A stretch of DNA of 55,810 bases, from positions 1 to 55,810 of IMG/VR virus record IMGVR_UViG_3300023184_005760; one strand, given 5' to 3'. The translations under genes were made by a program, and so were the position numbers. This document shows positions 27,679 through 36,677 of the stretch, piece after piece. Every line of letters starts with the position of its first letter. Within the stretch, counting starts at the first letter, position 1. Below the pieces are notes generated by a model. That model searched no databases. It saw nothing but the letters and a program-made list of their open reading frames with translations, and was not told where the DNA came from. This stretch comes from a virus. Its lineage: Duplodnaviria > Caudoviricetes.

Positions 27679-28811
27679 GCTGTTTCAACTTCTTCGTAGA
27701 GTGCTTTGATGTCATCTGCCACAAAGTCAAGTATCTTTTCAAATCGATCCAACAAGGGTTTTGGAATGCGCTGGGTACCACCTAGTCGTTGATACAGTAA
27801 TACTAAAACTGCCGCAATGGCCTCATCCTGCCAAGATACTTCATAGCCATATGTATGCTCGCCCCATTGACGATGTGCATGATGTACAGCCTCGTGAAAG
27901 CCTGCAAGTCCTGCAAAGTAGCCTTGCAGAATTCCAGCAAGTTCGCCTAGGAACTTGTCTGTGATTTTGATCTTGGCAGCCTTGAATGCCTTGAACAAAT
28001 CTTCCATCATAAACCATAGTGAACCATTGATCTCATCATAGTGGAAATAGTCGTTGTGAAATTTACAGGCCATTTCCAAAATTTCATTGTCAAGACTCAG
28101 TGCTTGCATATGAGTAAACGTACCGGGCAAACCTATAAAATCACTTTCTTTGTCTACTGGGTAGCAATCGTATTTTTCGCAAATTTCTTGCTTTGTTAAT
28201 GCTTCTTGGTCGTCGTCGTCATTGCTTTGATCAATTCGAGCACTCATCACTTTGGTTCGATGTTCGTACCACGCACTAATTTTCTTTTTGCCTTTGCCGT
28301 TGATAAGTGCAAATGCTTTACGAGCAAATGCCTTGCTATTGGTTTCCATATACAGCACAGGCATTTCTATTTCACGCCAATCTGTTTCGTCGGTAAACAC
28401 CCCAGCATCAATCAAGGCCGCAACCAGTGTGGCAGTATGTTGAGCATCAACTGAATGGTATTCTTCTTTGCCCGGTATTTTAACGCAATAAAACACCTGC
28501 AGGTACATTGGGTTGAAATTACCAATACCTGCGATGCTGGTACAATGTTTGGCATCTAGTGCTCGTTGAATGTCTTCGTCAATGAACAACAATTTCAACT
28601 TGACCATCTTGATCAATGGTCGTAATTTAGGATCAATTTGAATGCCTTGTTTTTGATATTCAGCAATCAATCGTTGCCAACCTTTGTATGTTTGCAGTTG
28701 TGCCACACGATCTGCCAACGCTACAATCCGACTGGTTTTTTGTTTAAGCGGGTTTCTGTTTTTCATGACGTTTGGCTTACGCACAACATCTTCGTATGCA
28801 GGAATCATCAA
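27675..28811 (-). CDS. ParB/DGQHR-like domain protein
   Basis: IDEDIQRAL...VDAQHT...FALIN, a variant of the QR / DGQHR / FxxxN signature. Confidence 0.55.
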   Translation of the reverse strand: MMIPAYEDVVRKPNVMKNRNPLKQKTSRIVALADRVAQLQTYKGWQRLIAEYQKQGIQIDPKLRPLIKMVKLKLLFIDEDIQRALDAKHCTSIAGIGNFNPMYLQVFYCVKIPGKEEYHSVDAQHTATLVAALIDAGVFTDETDWREIEMPVLYMETNSKAFARKAFALINGKGKKKISAWYEHRTKVMSARIDQSNDDDDQEALTKQEICEKYDCYPVDKESDFIGLPGTFTHMQALSLDNEILEMACKFHNDYFHYDEINGSLWFMMEDLFKAFKAAKIKITDKFLGELAGILQGYFAGLAGFHEAVHHAHRQWGEHTYGYEVSWQDEAIAAVLVLLYQRLGGTQRIPKPLLDRFEKILDFVADDIKALYEEVETA

Positions 28812-28836
28812 AGGCTCCAGTAGTTAATATGTGTAT

Positions 28837-28865
28837 ATTATAGTAGATTTATTGAATTTGGTCAA
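28837..28865 (-). promoter_or_regulatory. Sigma70 early promoter
   Basis: TTGACC-17-TATAAT. Confidence 0.8.
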
Positions 28866-29736
28866 CCGCGGGCTGAGTAGTACTTTTGTTTGCTTTTTTT
28901 AGCAACCTATCCCGTTTCCAACCATCTCGCAGTTTTTGACGTTTGGCCAGTTCAACGGCATCAGGTGTGCTAGGAACAGGATCCGGTAACTCTTCCACCT
29001 CAGCCAGGGTGGGAACAAAAGCATCATATGCATGGGTGTTGAGTTCAAAACCCACAAACTTACGACCCCAACGTAGTGCTGTTCTGCCCGTGGTCAAGCC
29101 ACCACCAAAACAATCCAGTACCGTGTCTCCTCGGTTGCTGGAGTACATGACGAACTTCTCAATAAAGTCTTCACTCAATTGATTCTTGTTTTTGACTTGT
29201 CCGGGCTTGTAGTCCCTAGGCATGTCTTGCACACTCAACCTATCGTGATAACTATCTTTTTGGTCTGTGTACTTGTAGTTGGAGTTGAATGTGCGTTTCT
29301 TGCTACCTCGATCGGGCTTGGACCAAAATAGCACATGGTAGTGACTGCTCACAAACTTGTTCTTGGTACTGACACCAAAACTGTATTTGGCAATGATGTG
29401 ATTGATCTCTTCCAGACCAGTGGCATGTAGGGCATTGAGAATGTGGTGCAGGTTAGTGTACCCACTCACAATGTACATACTGCCGCCCGGACGTAGCACA
29501 CGCTCACATTCCCGGATCCAGTCCAGACTAAATTTAGCATACTCGTTGAGTGGTACATCAACGTAACCTGGCACTACCTTGCTTTCGTCTCTGTGGTAAT
29601 GCACATCCAATTCATCACCTTTGATGCCATAAGGAGGATCAGTAAAGATTAGATCAATGCTGTTGTCAGCCACATGCTCACGCATGCCTTCAATGCAGGA
29701 TTGATTATAGACCTGATAAAGATTCTTTGATTGCAT
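28849..29736 (-). CDS. DNA methyltransferase, N6-A/N4-C beta class
   Basis: IDLIFTDPPY precedes VLDCFGGGLTT...GFEL; start probably MQSKN. Confidence 0.9.
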   Translation of the reverse strand: MQSKNLYQVYNQSCIEGMREHVADNSIDLIFTDPPYGIKGDELDVHYHRDESKVVPGYVDVPLNEYAKFSLDWIRECERVLRPGGSMYIVSGYTNLHHILNALHATGLEEINHIIAKYSFGVSTKNKFVSSHYHVLFWSKPDRGSKKRTFNSNYKYTDQKDSYHDRLSVQDMPRDYKPGQVKNKNQLSEDFIEKFVMYSSNRGDTVLDCFGGGLTTGRTALRWGRKFVGFELNTHAYDAFVPTLAEVEELPDPVPSTPDAVELAKRQKLRDGWKRDRLLKKANKSTTQPAVDQIQ

Positions 29737-30259
29737 TTTTGACCGCCGTTGATATGTTAGTGTTGTACTTATTTTTTCTAAGGATGCGTCCAGATAATTC
29801 AACAATGTCTGACTTGTTTGGTTTCAATTCCCATCCATCACCAAGATGTTTTGCTTTGGCTATTACAATATCTTTTGACACGGCATAGGCTCCATCTCGA
29901 TGCACTGCTATCAACACATCGGCAATGTTGTCGGAGTCTAGCGAGGATTTGTTGGTTCCCATGCTGTTGTTAAGACGTATGCCAGGCAAAGATTTGACGT
30001 TGCCTTTGGCATCGTACATACTCTGGCTGAATATGGTCTTTAACTCAACATCAATGTCATGTTTAGGCCATTCATAGTCACGATGTTTCTCGCCAATATA
30101 AGTGAGATCACCATCACCAAATGCTTCCACCGCCTGTTCCACAGCCAGACCTTTGATAAATCGTAATTGTGCATCATTCAAGTCACCAAGACTATTGCCG
30201 TAGTCAATGATTTTTTGCCAATCAAAACCTTTGAGGTCGGTGATAATTTCTGGAGTCAT
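29705..30259 (-). CDS. Putative PD-(D/E)xK restriction-type endonuclease
   Basis: GLAVE...HRDY...DVELKT; overlaps the MTase start. Confidence 0.5.
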   Translation of the reverse strand: MTPEIITDLKGFDWQKIIDYGNSLGDLNDAQLRFIKGLAVEQAVEAFGDGDLTYIGEKHRDYEWPKHDIDVELKTIFSQSMYDAKGNVKSLPGIRLNNSMGTNKSSLDSDNIADVLIAVHRDGAYAVSKDIVIAKAKHLGDGWELKPNKSDIVELSGRILRKNKYNTNISTAVKNAIKESLSGL

Positions 30260-30591
30260 TATCGTATTACCACACGGTCTTCTTGCACTCGGTCACTAAA
30301 GTAACAGTGACCAAGTCTGCGGATTGTGTCCGCGGCTGTTTGAGGACTGGCCGCAAACATGTCTCGTATGTCATCGGCGGTGATGCCATCAGTGGCTTGA
30401 ATTTGATAGATCTCATAGTGTCGCTGTGGATTGTATCTAGCACGAAGTATCATGTGATTGAGGTTGGGCAAACTACTGCCAATAGGCTTGCCTTTCAGCG
30501 CCGACCAACTACGTTTCGTTTCGTCCGCAGTGATGTCGCCTATGTACTCCAGGCCAGTGTTGTCCCACATGACAACAAAGTGGTGGTTCAC
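30259..30591 (-). CDS. Hypothetical phage protein
   Basis: MWDNTGLE...LRARYNPQRHYEIY. Confidence 0.7.
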   Translation of the reverse strand: MNHHFVVMWDNTGLEYIGDITADETKRSWSALKGKPIGSSLPNLNHMILRARYNPQRHYEIYQIQATDGITADDIRDMFAASPQTAADTIRRLGHCYFSDRVQEDRVVIR

Positions 30592-30824
30592 AGCATGAAC
30601 TTTTTCAAGTAAGATTTGATATCAGTGTAGCCATCGCTGACTTCTTCCAACATCTCATCCATGGTCTCAAGGATGATCATGCGTTGCAGTACATCTGCCA
30701 TTTCTTGGTCTCGAGCGTCCAGCAAGTGATACCATGTCAAGTATTCTTCTGCTGATTCACATGCCCACATGGCATCCAGCATTTCCACCTGCTCAGCAGT
30801 TAAGTTTTTTATTTCTATACTCAC
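30588..30824 (-). CDS. Hypothetical acidic protein
   Basis: First gene after the promoter at 30855. Confidence 0.65.
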   Translation of the reverse strand: MSIEIKNLTAEQVEMLDAMWACESAEEYLTWYHLLDARDQEMADVLQRMIILETMDEMLEEVSDGYTDIKSYLKKFML

Positions 30825-30854
30825 ATTGACACCTATTAAAGTTGCTATGTGTTG

Positions 30855-30883
30855 ATTATACAGGGATCGGGGTTAGTTGTCAA
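30855..30883 (-). promoter_or_regulatory. Sigma70 early promoter
   Basis: TTGACA-17-TATAAT. Confidence 0.85.
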
Positions 30884-30904
30884 GTACTACCTAAGTACTA
30901 GTTT

Positions 30905-31144
30905 TTACTGCCAGTACAGTGTGAAAGCAAAGTAATCACGCTCAGAATCAAAGTAGAAAATGTAGCGACCAGGGCGTTTGTCTGTGCTGACATCTATCAG
31001 TTGCCAGCGCCATTCGCCTACGAGTTCAGTCTTGCACCAGGCCAACACACGATCCAGTTCACCAAAAGGTTTGTGGATTTCTCGGGCATGACGAAAACTA
31101 TCGCCTAGACGAATTTCAAACGGCGTATCATTTGTGTGTTTCAT
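30905..31144 (-). CDS. Hypothetical protein of the FxLxW family
   Basis: Ends YIFYFDSERDYFAFTLYWQ. Confidence 0.65.
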   Translation of the reverse strand: MKHTNDTPFEIRLGDSFRHAREIHKPFGELDRVLAWCKTELVGEWRWQLIDVSTDKRPGRYIFYFDSERDYFAFTLYWQ

Positions 31145-31156
31145 CAGCAGTACTTA

Positions 31157-31375
31157 TTATTGCGCCCATTTCAACTGATAAAATGTGGCCATGGCAGGAT
31201 CCAGGAATCGAAATTCTGCGTGTTTTTGTCGAGTCCATCCTGTGAATTGATCATAGTCAGCCGTGATCCAGGCCCACTCAAAGTCCTGATCTAAAACTAG
31301 GCCCGCTGTGATCAATTGATTCTTTAGGTCAATCGCATCAAAGACTTCTATTCTGTCAACTCTAACTGTGTGCAT
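31157..31375 (-). CDS. Hypothetical protein of the FxLxW family
   Basis: Ends AEFRFLDPAMATFYQLKWAQ. Confidence 0.65.
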   Translation of the reverse strand: MHTVRVDRIEVFDAIDLKNQLITAGLVLDQDFEWAWITADYDQFTGWTRQKHAEFRFLDPAMATFYQLKWAQ

Positions 31376-31590
31376 CGAGCCTGTCCGTTGCGTAGTACAA
31401 ACAGCAGTCGATCATGTTCAGATCGAAACCACCAGGTCATGTCATTGACATTTATGTCAGTTATGTAGCGTTCACCTGGGAGGCCAAACGTTTCAAATCC
31501 CCACATGGCCACGTCATCCCATTGTGCCTGGGTGTCCATGCGATATCCCCAGTCGATCTGGGCACCATATGGAAATTTAGGATCTTGCAA
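31348..31590 (-). CDS. Hypothetical protein, FxLxW-like family
   Basis: WWFRSEHDRLLFVLR; start uncertain, TTG at 31590 chosen to limit overlap. Confidence 0.55.
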   Translation of the reverse strand: MQDPKFPYGAQIDWGYRMDTQAQWDDVAMWGFETFGLPGERYITDINVNDMTWWFRSEHDRLLFVLRNGQARCTQLELTE

Positions 31591-31831
31591 GCCACTCTCG
31601 CTGAATAACTGTGTCGCACACCAACCAGTTGCGCTCAAAGAAGATTCTGTGATCTGTGATGCCAAAATAGTTGCAGAAACTTTGTCCATAACGTAGATCA
31701 TGCAAGGCGTCCCAGGTGTACTGTTTCTTCCACTGCTCATAGTCGCTACGGGGTATGGAGTTGGGAGTGAATTCTACACCCAAGTTTTCATGGTAGGTCA
31801 TCATGTCTCTTATCATGTGTCTAAATGTCAT
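31577..31831 (-). CDS. Hypothetical protein
   Basis: LRYGQSFCNYF. Confidence 0.6.
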   Translation of the reverse strand: MTFRHMIRDMMTYHENLGVEFTPNSIPRSDYEQWKKQYTWDALHDLRYGQSFCNYFGITDHRIFFERNWLVCDTVIQREWLARS

Positions 31832-32135
31832 TTTGATACTTTGTTGTCATTAAATCGTCAGTACAACCAGTGCAGGTCTTTTGTTGGCACATGGTATCAG
31901 TCTTGGGGGACCAATCAGATAATACATTGCCAAGATAGGTGTTCTTGCATTCACCGGCCCAGATATCAAAGTTTTTGTCAATGTAAAATCTGGTGCGGCC
32001 AACATCACAACGATATCCGTGCCAGGCAGTCAATCCTTGATTGTGCATCCAGTTGGCATACACAAGATGTTCCTGGCCTTGCTCATCAGTGGCCCGGCAA
32101 TTGTAATTTTGATGTTTAATTAGATTCGATGACAT
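31821..32135 (-). CDS. Stand-alone SPASM/twitch-like Fe-S domain protein
   Basis: CDVG...YID...ECKN.YLGNV...CQQKTCTGC. Confidence 0.65.
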   Translation of the reverse strand: MSSNLIKHQNYNCRATDEQGQEHLVYANWMHNQGLTAWHGYRCDVGRTRFYIDKNFDIWAGECKNTYLGNVLSDWSPKTDTMCQQKTCTGCTDDLMTTKYQNDI

Positions 32136-32682
32136 TGATACTGTGGCTCACTTGATGTTGTTGGAAAATTTGTGTGTATTTGTCAAAGTTGACCCGATTC
32201 CATGGCTCGTCCATGAGGTTCACATGACAACTTTTTTCGGGACGAGCCATGACTTGGTTTACTGCCAGAACAGTTTCAAAAAATTTGTCTTCATTCCAGA
32301 ATTCTGAATGCACACTAAAACTAATTGCATCTACCAATTGGGCCAGACGCAGATAATAGTCAGTGCTGGCACTGCCATTGGTGGTGACTAAAATTTGTCC
32401 TAGGTCAACATCGCTGTTGCGTAAAAATTCAATCAAGGGCAAGAAACTCCGATTGGCAGTGACTTCGCCCCCAGTGAATGTGATTTTGTAAGGCAAGCCC
32501 ATGTGCTTTGTTTTGTGATAGAAACTGGACCAGACCTGTTTGAGACGGTCAAGATCAGGGTGAGCACTTGTGTCATCATGCAGTTCTGGTGGACAATAAG
32601 AACAGGCATAGTTACAACGTGATCCAATCATCCAGGTCATGCTCACCATTGGTACTATGGGTTCTACCCGAATAATTTTCAT
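32116..32682 (-). CDS. Short radical SAM core protein
   Basis: CNYACSYC, FTGGE, TTNGS, FSVHSE. Confidence 0.85.
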   Translation of the reverse strand: MKIIRVEPIVPMVSMTWMIGSRCNYACSYCPPELHDDTSAHPDLDRLKQVWSSFYHKTKHMGLPYKITFTGGEVTANRSFLPLIEFLRNSDVDLGQILVTTNGSASTDYYLRLAQLVDAISFSVHSEFWNEDKFFETVLAVNQVMARPEKSCHVNLMDEPWNRVNFDKYTQIFQQHQVSHSINVIESN

Positions 32683-33395
32683 CAGTCCCAGAGTGCTTGA
32701 TAATACTTGCCAAAAAGTCGAAATCCGTTTTGTATACGTGCTTCAACAACTTTCATACCTTCGTAATCACACTTGTATGTGTTGTTAGGGCCATCTTTCA
32801 TTTGATAATGCTTGTGTTCACCTTTAGGCACTTCGTTGCCGTCCGCATCCACAGGCACCCACAGCATGTCATGCTCACCTGAACGGAAAGCATCTTCCCA
32901 GGAGTCATCTGTTTTGCACTCAAACGCAAAGATCATTTCGTCCATGGCCCAATCCCAACGCAGGAAGTGATTGGCATCTGTGTCCCACTTGTTTTCTTTG
33001 GCCGGCGCGGCTGTGGATTTCAAATGATCAGGCACATCTTCATCATCCACAAAAGGAGCACCGTGCTTGGCCGCTTTGAGTTGCTTGAGCATGGGCAGGA
33101 TAATAGGACTCAAGGTATGATCCATGCTCCAGGTGTCCCAGTAGTCAATCTTCACATAGTCAATCTTTGGATGCACACGATCCAGTACCCATTGAATTGC
33201 TTTGCTAACAGGGTTCAGGTAGTCGCTCCAGCGGTCACACCACTCTGGACGTTCAATATATTGGCTTTCTTCTTCCAGGGTAAGAATGCCTTTTTTGCGA
33301 GCACACTTTGACCAGTCAGTCCAGAAGAACGCATAGTCCAACATGGTGTAAGGTGAGATCCAGTGATCTCGATATTTTGAAATGTATACTTTCAT
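32682..33395 (-). CDS. Hypothetical phage protein
   Basis: DTWSMDHTL..IILPML...GFRLFGKYYQALWD; AAGGA RBS. Confidence 0.75.
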   Translation of the reverse strand: MKVYISKYRDHWISPYTMLDYAFFWTDWSKCARKKGILTLEEESQYIERPEWCDRWSDYLNPVSKAIQWVLDRVHPKIDYVKIDYWDTWSMDHTLSPIILPMLKQLKAAKHGAPFVDDEDVPDHLKSTAAPAKENKWDTDANHFLRWDWAMDEMIFAFECKTDDSWEDAFRSGEHDMLWVPVDADGNEVPKGEHKHYQMKDGPNNTYKCDYEGMKVVEARIQNGFRLFGKYYQALWD

Positions 33396-33405
33396 GTTTT
33401 ATCCT

Positions 33406-33678
33406 TTAAGTGTGTGACTGAGTGTACCACCAGGTGGCCCAGGCTACCAATGCTGAGACAATTACCACGGCTTCTACTATATCCCAACGATGTTTTGTTT
33501 TTTGTTTTTGTTCATTGAGGTTGTTGTTGATTGTGTTGGCACACAATGCAATCACTTCACGAGTGTTAGCGGCCCGCAATAGATCAGCAAATGTTTCCAA
33601 TGGCTGTAGTACTGTATCTGGTAATTCATCAAGGACAAAGCCTGCCTGTTCCGCTAGTTGTTTAGTCTGTTTGTTCAT
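33406..33678 (-). CDS. Hypothetical protein with a C-terminal TM helix
   Basis: 90 aa ORF in the operon direction. Confidence 0.55.
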   Translation of the reverse strand: MNKQTKQLAEQAGFVLDELPDTVLQPLETFADLLRAANTREVIALCANTINNNLNEQKQKTKHRWDIVEAVVIVSALVAWATWWYTQSHT

Positions 33679-33813
33679 ATCTTATTAAGTATCCACTTGA
33701 GTTTCGTATCCGATCCAGTGCCGCACGTTCACGGTCTTCACCCATTTCAGAGTTATTGATGTAAGACAACAAGATTAGCACAGCAATTACAATCCACTCC
33801 GCATGGGCTTGCA

Positions 33814-34020
33814 TTACCAATCACCATTGTCAACCCAACCACGTATGGTCAAGAACAACCAACTCACTGACCAGGTGCGTTCATTGGGACTGGGCCATCC
33901 ATCGTTGGGCTCACGTCTAGCACGTGGCGTCAATCTCCAATGCAGTGGATTCAGTGTAAAGATAACACTGATCCCACTGTACCGGAACCAATTCAAATAT
34001 CTACTGTTTTCAGTTTCCAT
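33814..34020 (-). CDS. Trp-rich small protein
   Basis: 68 aa ORF overlapping the phosphoesterase end. Confidence 0.55.
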   Translation of the reverse strand: METENSRYLNWFRYSGISVIFTLNPLHWRLTPRARREPNDGWPSPNERTWSVSWLFLTIRGWVDNGDW

Positions 34021-34847
34021 TGTTCCGCCTGTTGTTCATAGCCATCATAGCCACGTGGGTTGCACATCACACGGCATGAGCCGATCATGTAGTCAAACTC
34101 GTGATGAGTATGTCCATGTGTCCACAATTTGATTTGTGGACGATCAAGAATAAACTGGTCCAGGTCTGAACTGTAAGCACCATTCACCATGGTTTGATCT
34201 GCGTACTGCGGGTGAGTTGATGCTTTGCTAGGCGAGTGATGACCAACTACCACGTACTTAGCAGTGGGGTTGGCCGCAATCGACTCTTCAACAAATTTCA
34301 ACATGGCCCGGTGTTCTTCCACACTGGCTTCGGGACTGAATCGGCCCTCACGTGTGTGGCGCTTGCCTTCCGAGTCTTTGTAATGCACAGGATAGCGACT
34401 GTCCCGGATGATTCTAAAATCATTCATGTAACTGCGAATGCGATACAAGGTATCTGGATCTTCGCGATTCATGTCAGTCCATAGCGTACCACACAAGAAC
34501 GTGGTGTCACCAATAGTGATTGATTCTTTTTCTAGAATGTGCAAATTGGGCAAGTAGCCCAGCACATCTTTTAGGTGTGCAAAGGCAGTGGCAAAGTCGC
34601 CATTGTAGTATTCATGATTGCCCACAATGTAGATCACGTGTGGAAAACGATCATGACAGCGTTGGAAGAATTCGTGAAAGCGATTGCTACGATATTCTGG
34701 ACCCATCACACCATAGGGATCACGTTGGGCCAGGTCATAGGCCACACAGATATCGCCGCCCAAGATCAGTACTTGGGCACCTTGATCATTTTCAAAATCA
34801 AGGTCTCCGAATTCAAGATGCACGTCCGATACTAGAGAAATTTTCAC
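33993..34847 (-). CDS. Calcineurin-like metallophosphoesterase
   Basis: SDVHLE, GGDI, GNHEYY, HHSP, HGHTH, NPRGY. Confidence 0.9.
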   Translation of the reverse strand: MKISLVSDVHLEFGDLDFENDQGAQVLILGGDICVAYDLAQRDPYGVMGPEYRSNRFHEFFQRCHDRFPHVIYIVGNHEYYNGDFATAFAHLKDVLGYLPNLHILEKESITIGDTTFLCGTLWTDMNREDPDTLYRIRSYMNDFRIIRDSRYPVHYKDSEGKRHTREGRFSPEASVEEHRAMLKFVEESIAANPTAKYVVVGHHSPSKASTHPQYADQTMVNGAYSSDLDQFILDRPQIKLWTHGHTHHEFDYMIGSCRVMCNPRGYDGYEQQAEQWKLKTVDI

Positions 34848-35178
34848 CGAGTTCTTTCAATTGACTTTTAAGGGTACGCACCGCAGTCTCATCACCATCA
34901 TAGATAGCGGCAGACTTGTCGGGATAGCGTAGTCGAAAACGTTCCACAATTTCCTTCAAATTGTGACCTTGGCATACAAATGCTTTGGTAATACTATTAT
35001 AGCAGAAATACTGATCCAAGTCAACCTCTACCGTGAGTGGGATCAGGCGTTCCTGATCAAGGTCTCGCACTACCGAACCAATTTGGTTCTCTAAGTAACG
35101 GCTCACTGCCCAGGTAAAAACAAACCAGGACACAATGCCCAACAGCACAAGATCTAATATAAAACTTAGCAATTCCAT
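34813..35178 (-). CDS. Membrane-anchored hypothetical protein with a leaderless late start
   Basis: TAAATA-CACT-ATG (MELLSF); N-terminal TM segment. Confidence 0.65.
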   Translation of the reverse strand: MELLSFILDLVLLGIVSWFVFTWAVSRYLENQIGSVVRDLDQERLIPLTVEVDLDQYFCYNSITKAFVCQGHNLKEIVERFRLRYPDKSAAIYDGDETAVRTLKSQLKELGENFSSIGRAS

Positions 35179-35191
35179 AGTGTATTTACTT

Positions 35192-35644
35192 TCATAATGT
35201 CCGGCGTTGTGCCAGGTATTGTTCCCATTGTACCCACTTATTCCGGACCAAGAAACCCCAATCACGTTGTTTGATTCCGGGCATGAACAAGGTCCAACAA
35301 GTCACATCTGGATCCAATTCCACTCTGTGATACTGACTGGCCTTGGCCCAACGGAAACTTCCTGGGCCACACCAACGGGCTATTTCGACCGTCTTACGAC
35401 CTTGAGCATCAAACTGCGGTGTCCACTCCCAGTAGCCACCTCGTAGAATCACAGTAAGGAACGGCCAGGGATGGTCATGCACATCTTCAGTATCCGATTT
35501 CAAAAACTTGTGTACAAACACATTGAACGGAAACCATTTGCGATCTCGAAGAAACACATAGTAGCGTTCCAAGTATGGTTGATTATCCACCCGGTCCATA
35601 ATAATACGGTACCTACCCAAATGTTCAAAGAGTTTTTTAAGCAT
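35192..35644 (-). CDS. Cupin-fold protein
   Basis: HDHPW...GGYWE...YHRVEL...WTLF...WGF; ATG 6 nt after TATAAT. Confidence 0.75.
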   Translation of the reverse strand: MLKKLFEHLGRYRIIMDRVDNQPYLERYYVFLRDRKWFPFNVFVHKFLKSDTEDVHDHPWPFLTVILRGGYWEWTPQFDAQGRKTVEIARWCGPGSFRWAKASQYHRVELDPDVTCWTLFMPGIKQRDWGFLVRNKWVQWEQYLAQRRTL

Positions 35645-35650
35645 ATGATT

Positions 35651-35679
35651 ATTATACAAGATTAGGAATATTCAGTCAA
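35651..35679 (-). promoter_or_regulatory. Sigma70 early promoter
   Basis: TTGACT-17-TATAAT. Confidence 0.8.
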
Positions 35680-35680
35680 G

Positions 35681-35709
35681 AAAAAACCCTACCGTGGGCA
35701 GGGTTTTTT
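35681..35709. terminator. Rho-independent terminator
   Basis: AAAAAACCCTACC-GTG-GGCAGGGTTTTTT. Confidence 0.75.
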
Positions 35710-35746
35710 GTATAGTGTCCCGTGTGATTAGGACAGCGAGTTTGGA

Positions 35747-36016
35747 TTAGGCTACGATGCCCATTGCAAGTGCCTTGTAACCAGCGGCTACAATTTTGCG
35801 GCTTGGCTTACCGATTACATATTCTGTAACCTTGACACCATTACCAGCAGTGCGGCTGTTTGAGTAAACAGCAAAACCGGCAGCACGGATGCGGCTGGCT
35901 TCGGCACTCAAGTTGCCCACGCCAAAACGCTTCTTTGCTTCCGATGGAGTCAAAGTTTCGCCGTTGTAAAGTGCATTGAAGACTTTGTAAGTCTTGGTCT
36001 CTGGATTAAAACGCAT
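35747..36016 (-). CDS. Winged-helix-like DNA-binding protein
   Basis: GETLTPSEAKKRFGVGNLSAEASRIRAAGF.VY; start MRFNP. Confidence 0.65.
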   Translation of the reverse strand: MRFNPETKTYKVFNALYNGETLTPSEAKKRFGVGNLSAEASRIRAAGFAVYSNSRTAGNGVKVTEYVIGKPSRKIVAAGYKALAMGIVA

Positions 36017-36196
36017 AATTTTTACCTTTCTTAAGTTTAGCCGTTGCGTACAGCATCTAAGTATTATATGACAGTTGTAACACAATCGCAACATGTTTTG
36101 GCAACATTGCCAAACTGTGTCAACCTTTCTCAGGGCTATGGCGTTGTATATACAGCAAGAGAAATTCTTGCTAGTTTCAAATCAAAGGAGATTACT

Positions 36197-36397
36197 ATGA
36201 AACAATTTATCGCTCTCATCGCTACCGTGTTTGCTGTTTCTGCATTTGCCGCAGACGCACCCAAGAAAGAAGAAAAGAAAGTAGAAGCCAAGCCTGCTGT
36301 TACTGCGCCTGCTCCGGCAGCCAGTACACCTGCCAAGGTGGATGCCAAAAGCGCACCTACCGCGCCTGCCGCCAAAGCCGAAACTACTAAGAAGTAA
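36197..36397 (+). CDS. Small secreted Ala/Lys/Pro-rich protein
   Basis: Signal peptide MKQFIALIATVFAVSAFA; AAGGAG RBS. Confidence 0.75.
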   Translation: MKQFIALIATVFAVSAFAADAPKKEEKKVEAKPAVTAPAPAASTPAKVDAKSAPTAPAAKAETTKK

Positions 36398-36611
36398 TCC
36401 CAACAGATTTACATCAATCCGGTTACAGGGTACCAACCCATATGATGCACCGGATGATGAATTCCTGTGTTCTAGTCAGGCACGTAAGCCTCGAGTTCCG
36501 CAGTTTCAACCAGACCTGGATGATGATAAAGAACTAAGTGACTATGTGAAGACTAGATTACTCATAGCCAGGATACGGGCTTTGGAAAAGTATCGAGAAA
36601 TACAGGGCTGA
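36342..36611 (+). CDS. Hypothetical protein, start uncertain
   Basis: Plausible C-terminus LSDYVKTRLLIARIRALEKYRE. Confidence 0.4.
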   Translation: MPKAHLPRLPPKPKLLRSNPNRFTSIRLQGTNPYDAPDDEFLCSSQARKPRVPQFQPDLDDDKELSDYVKTRLLIARIRALEKYREIQG

Positions 36612-36677
36612 AAGGCCCTGTTTTCTTTTTCTACGTACCTTTGATAAATAGGTTTGCAAGCATATAAAGAGCGTATT

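Noticed and set aside
36119-36152. Possible ECF-sigma promoter (AAC-N17-CGTT) before the small secreted protein
   Set aside because: A single short match with no second example in the window.
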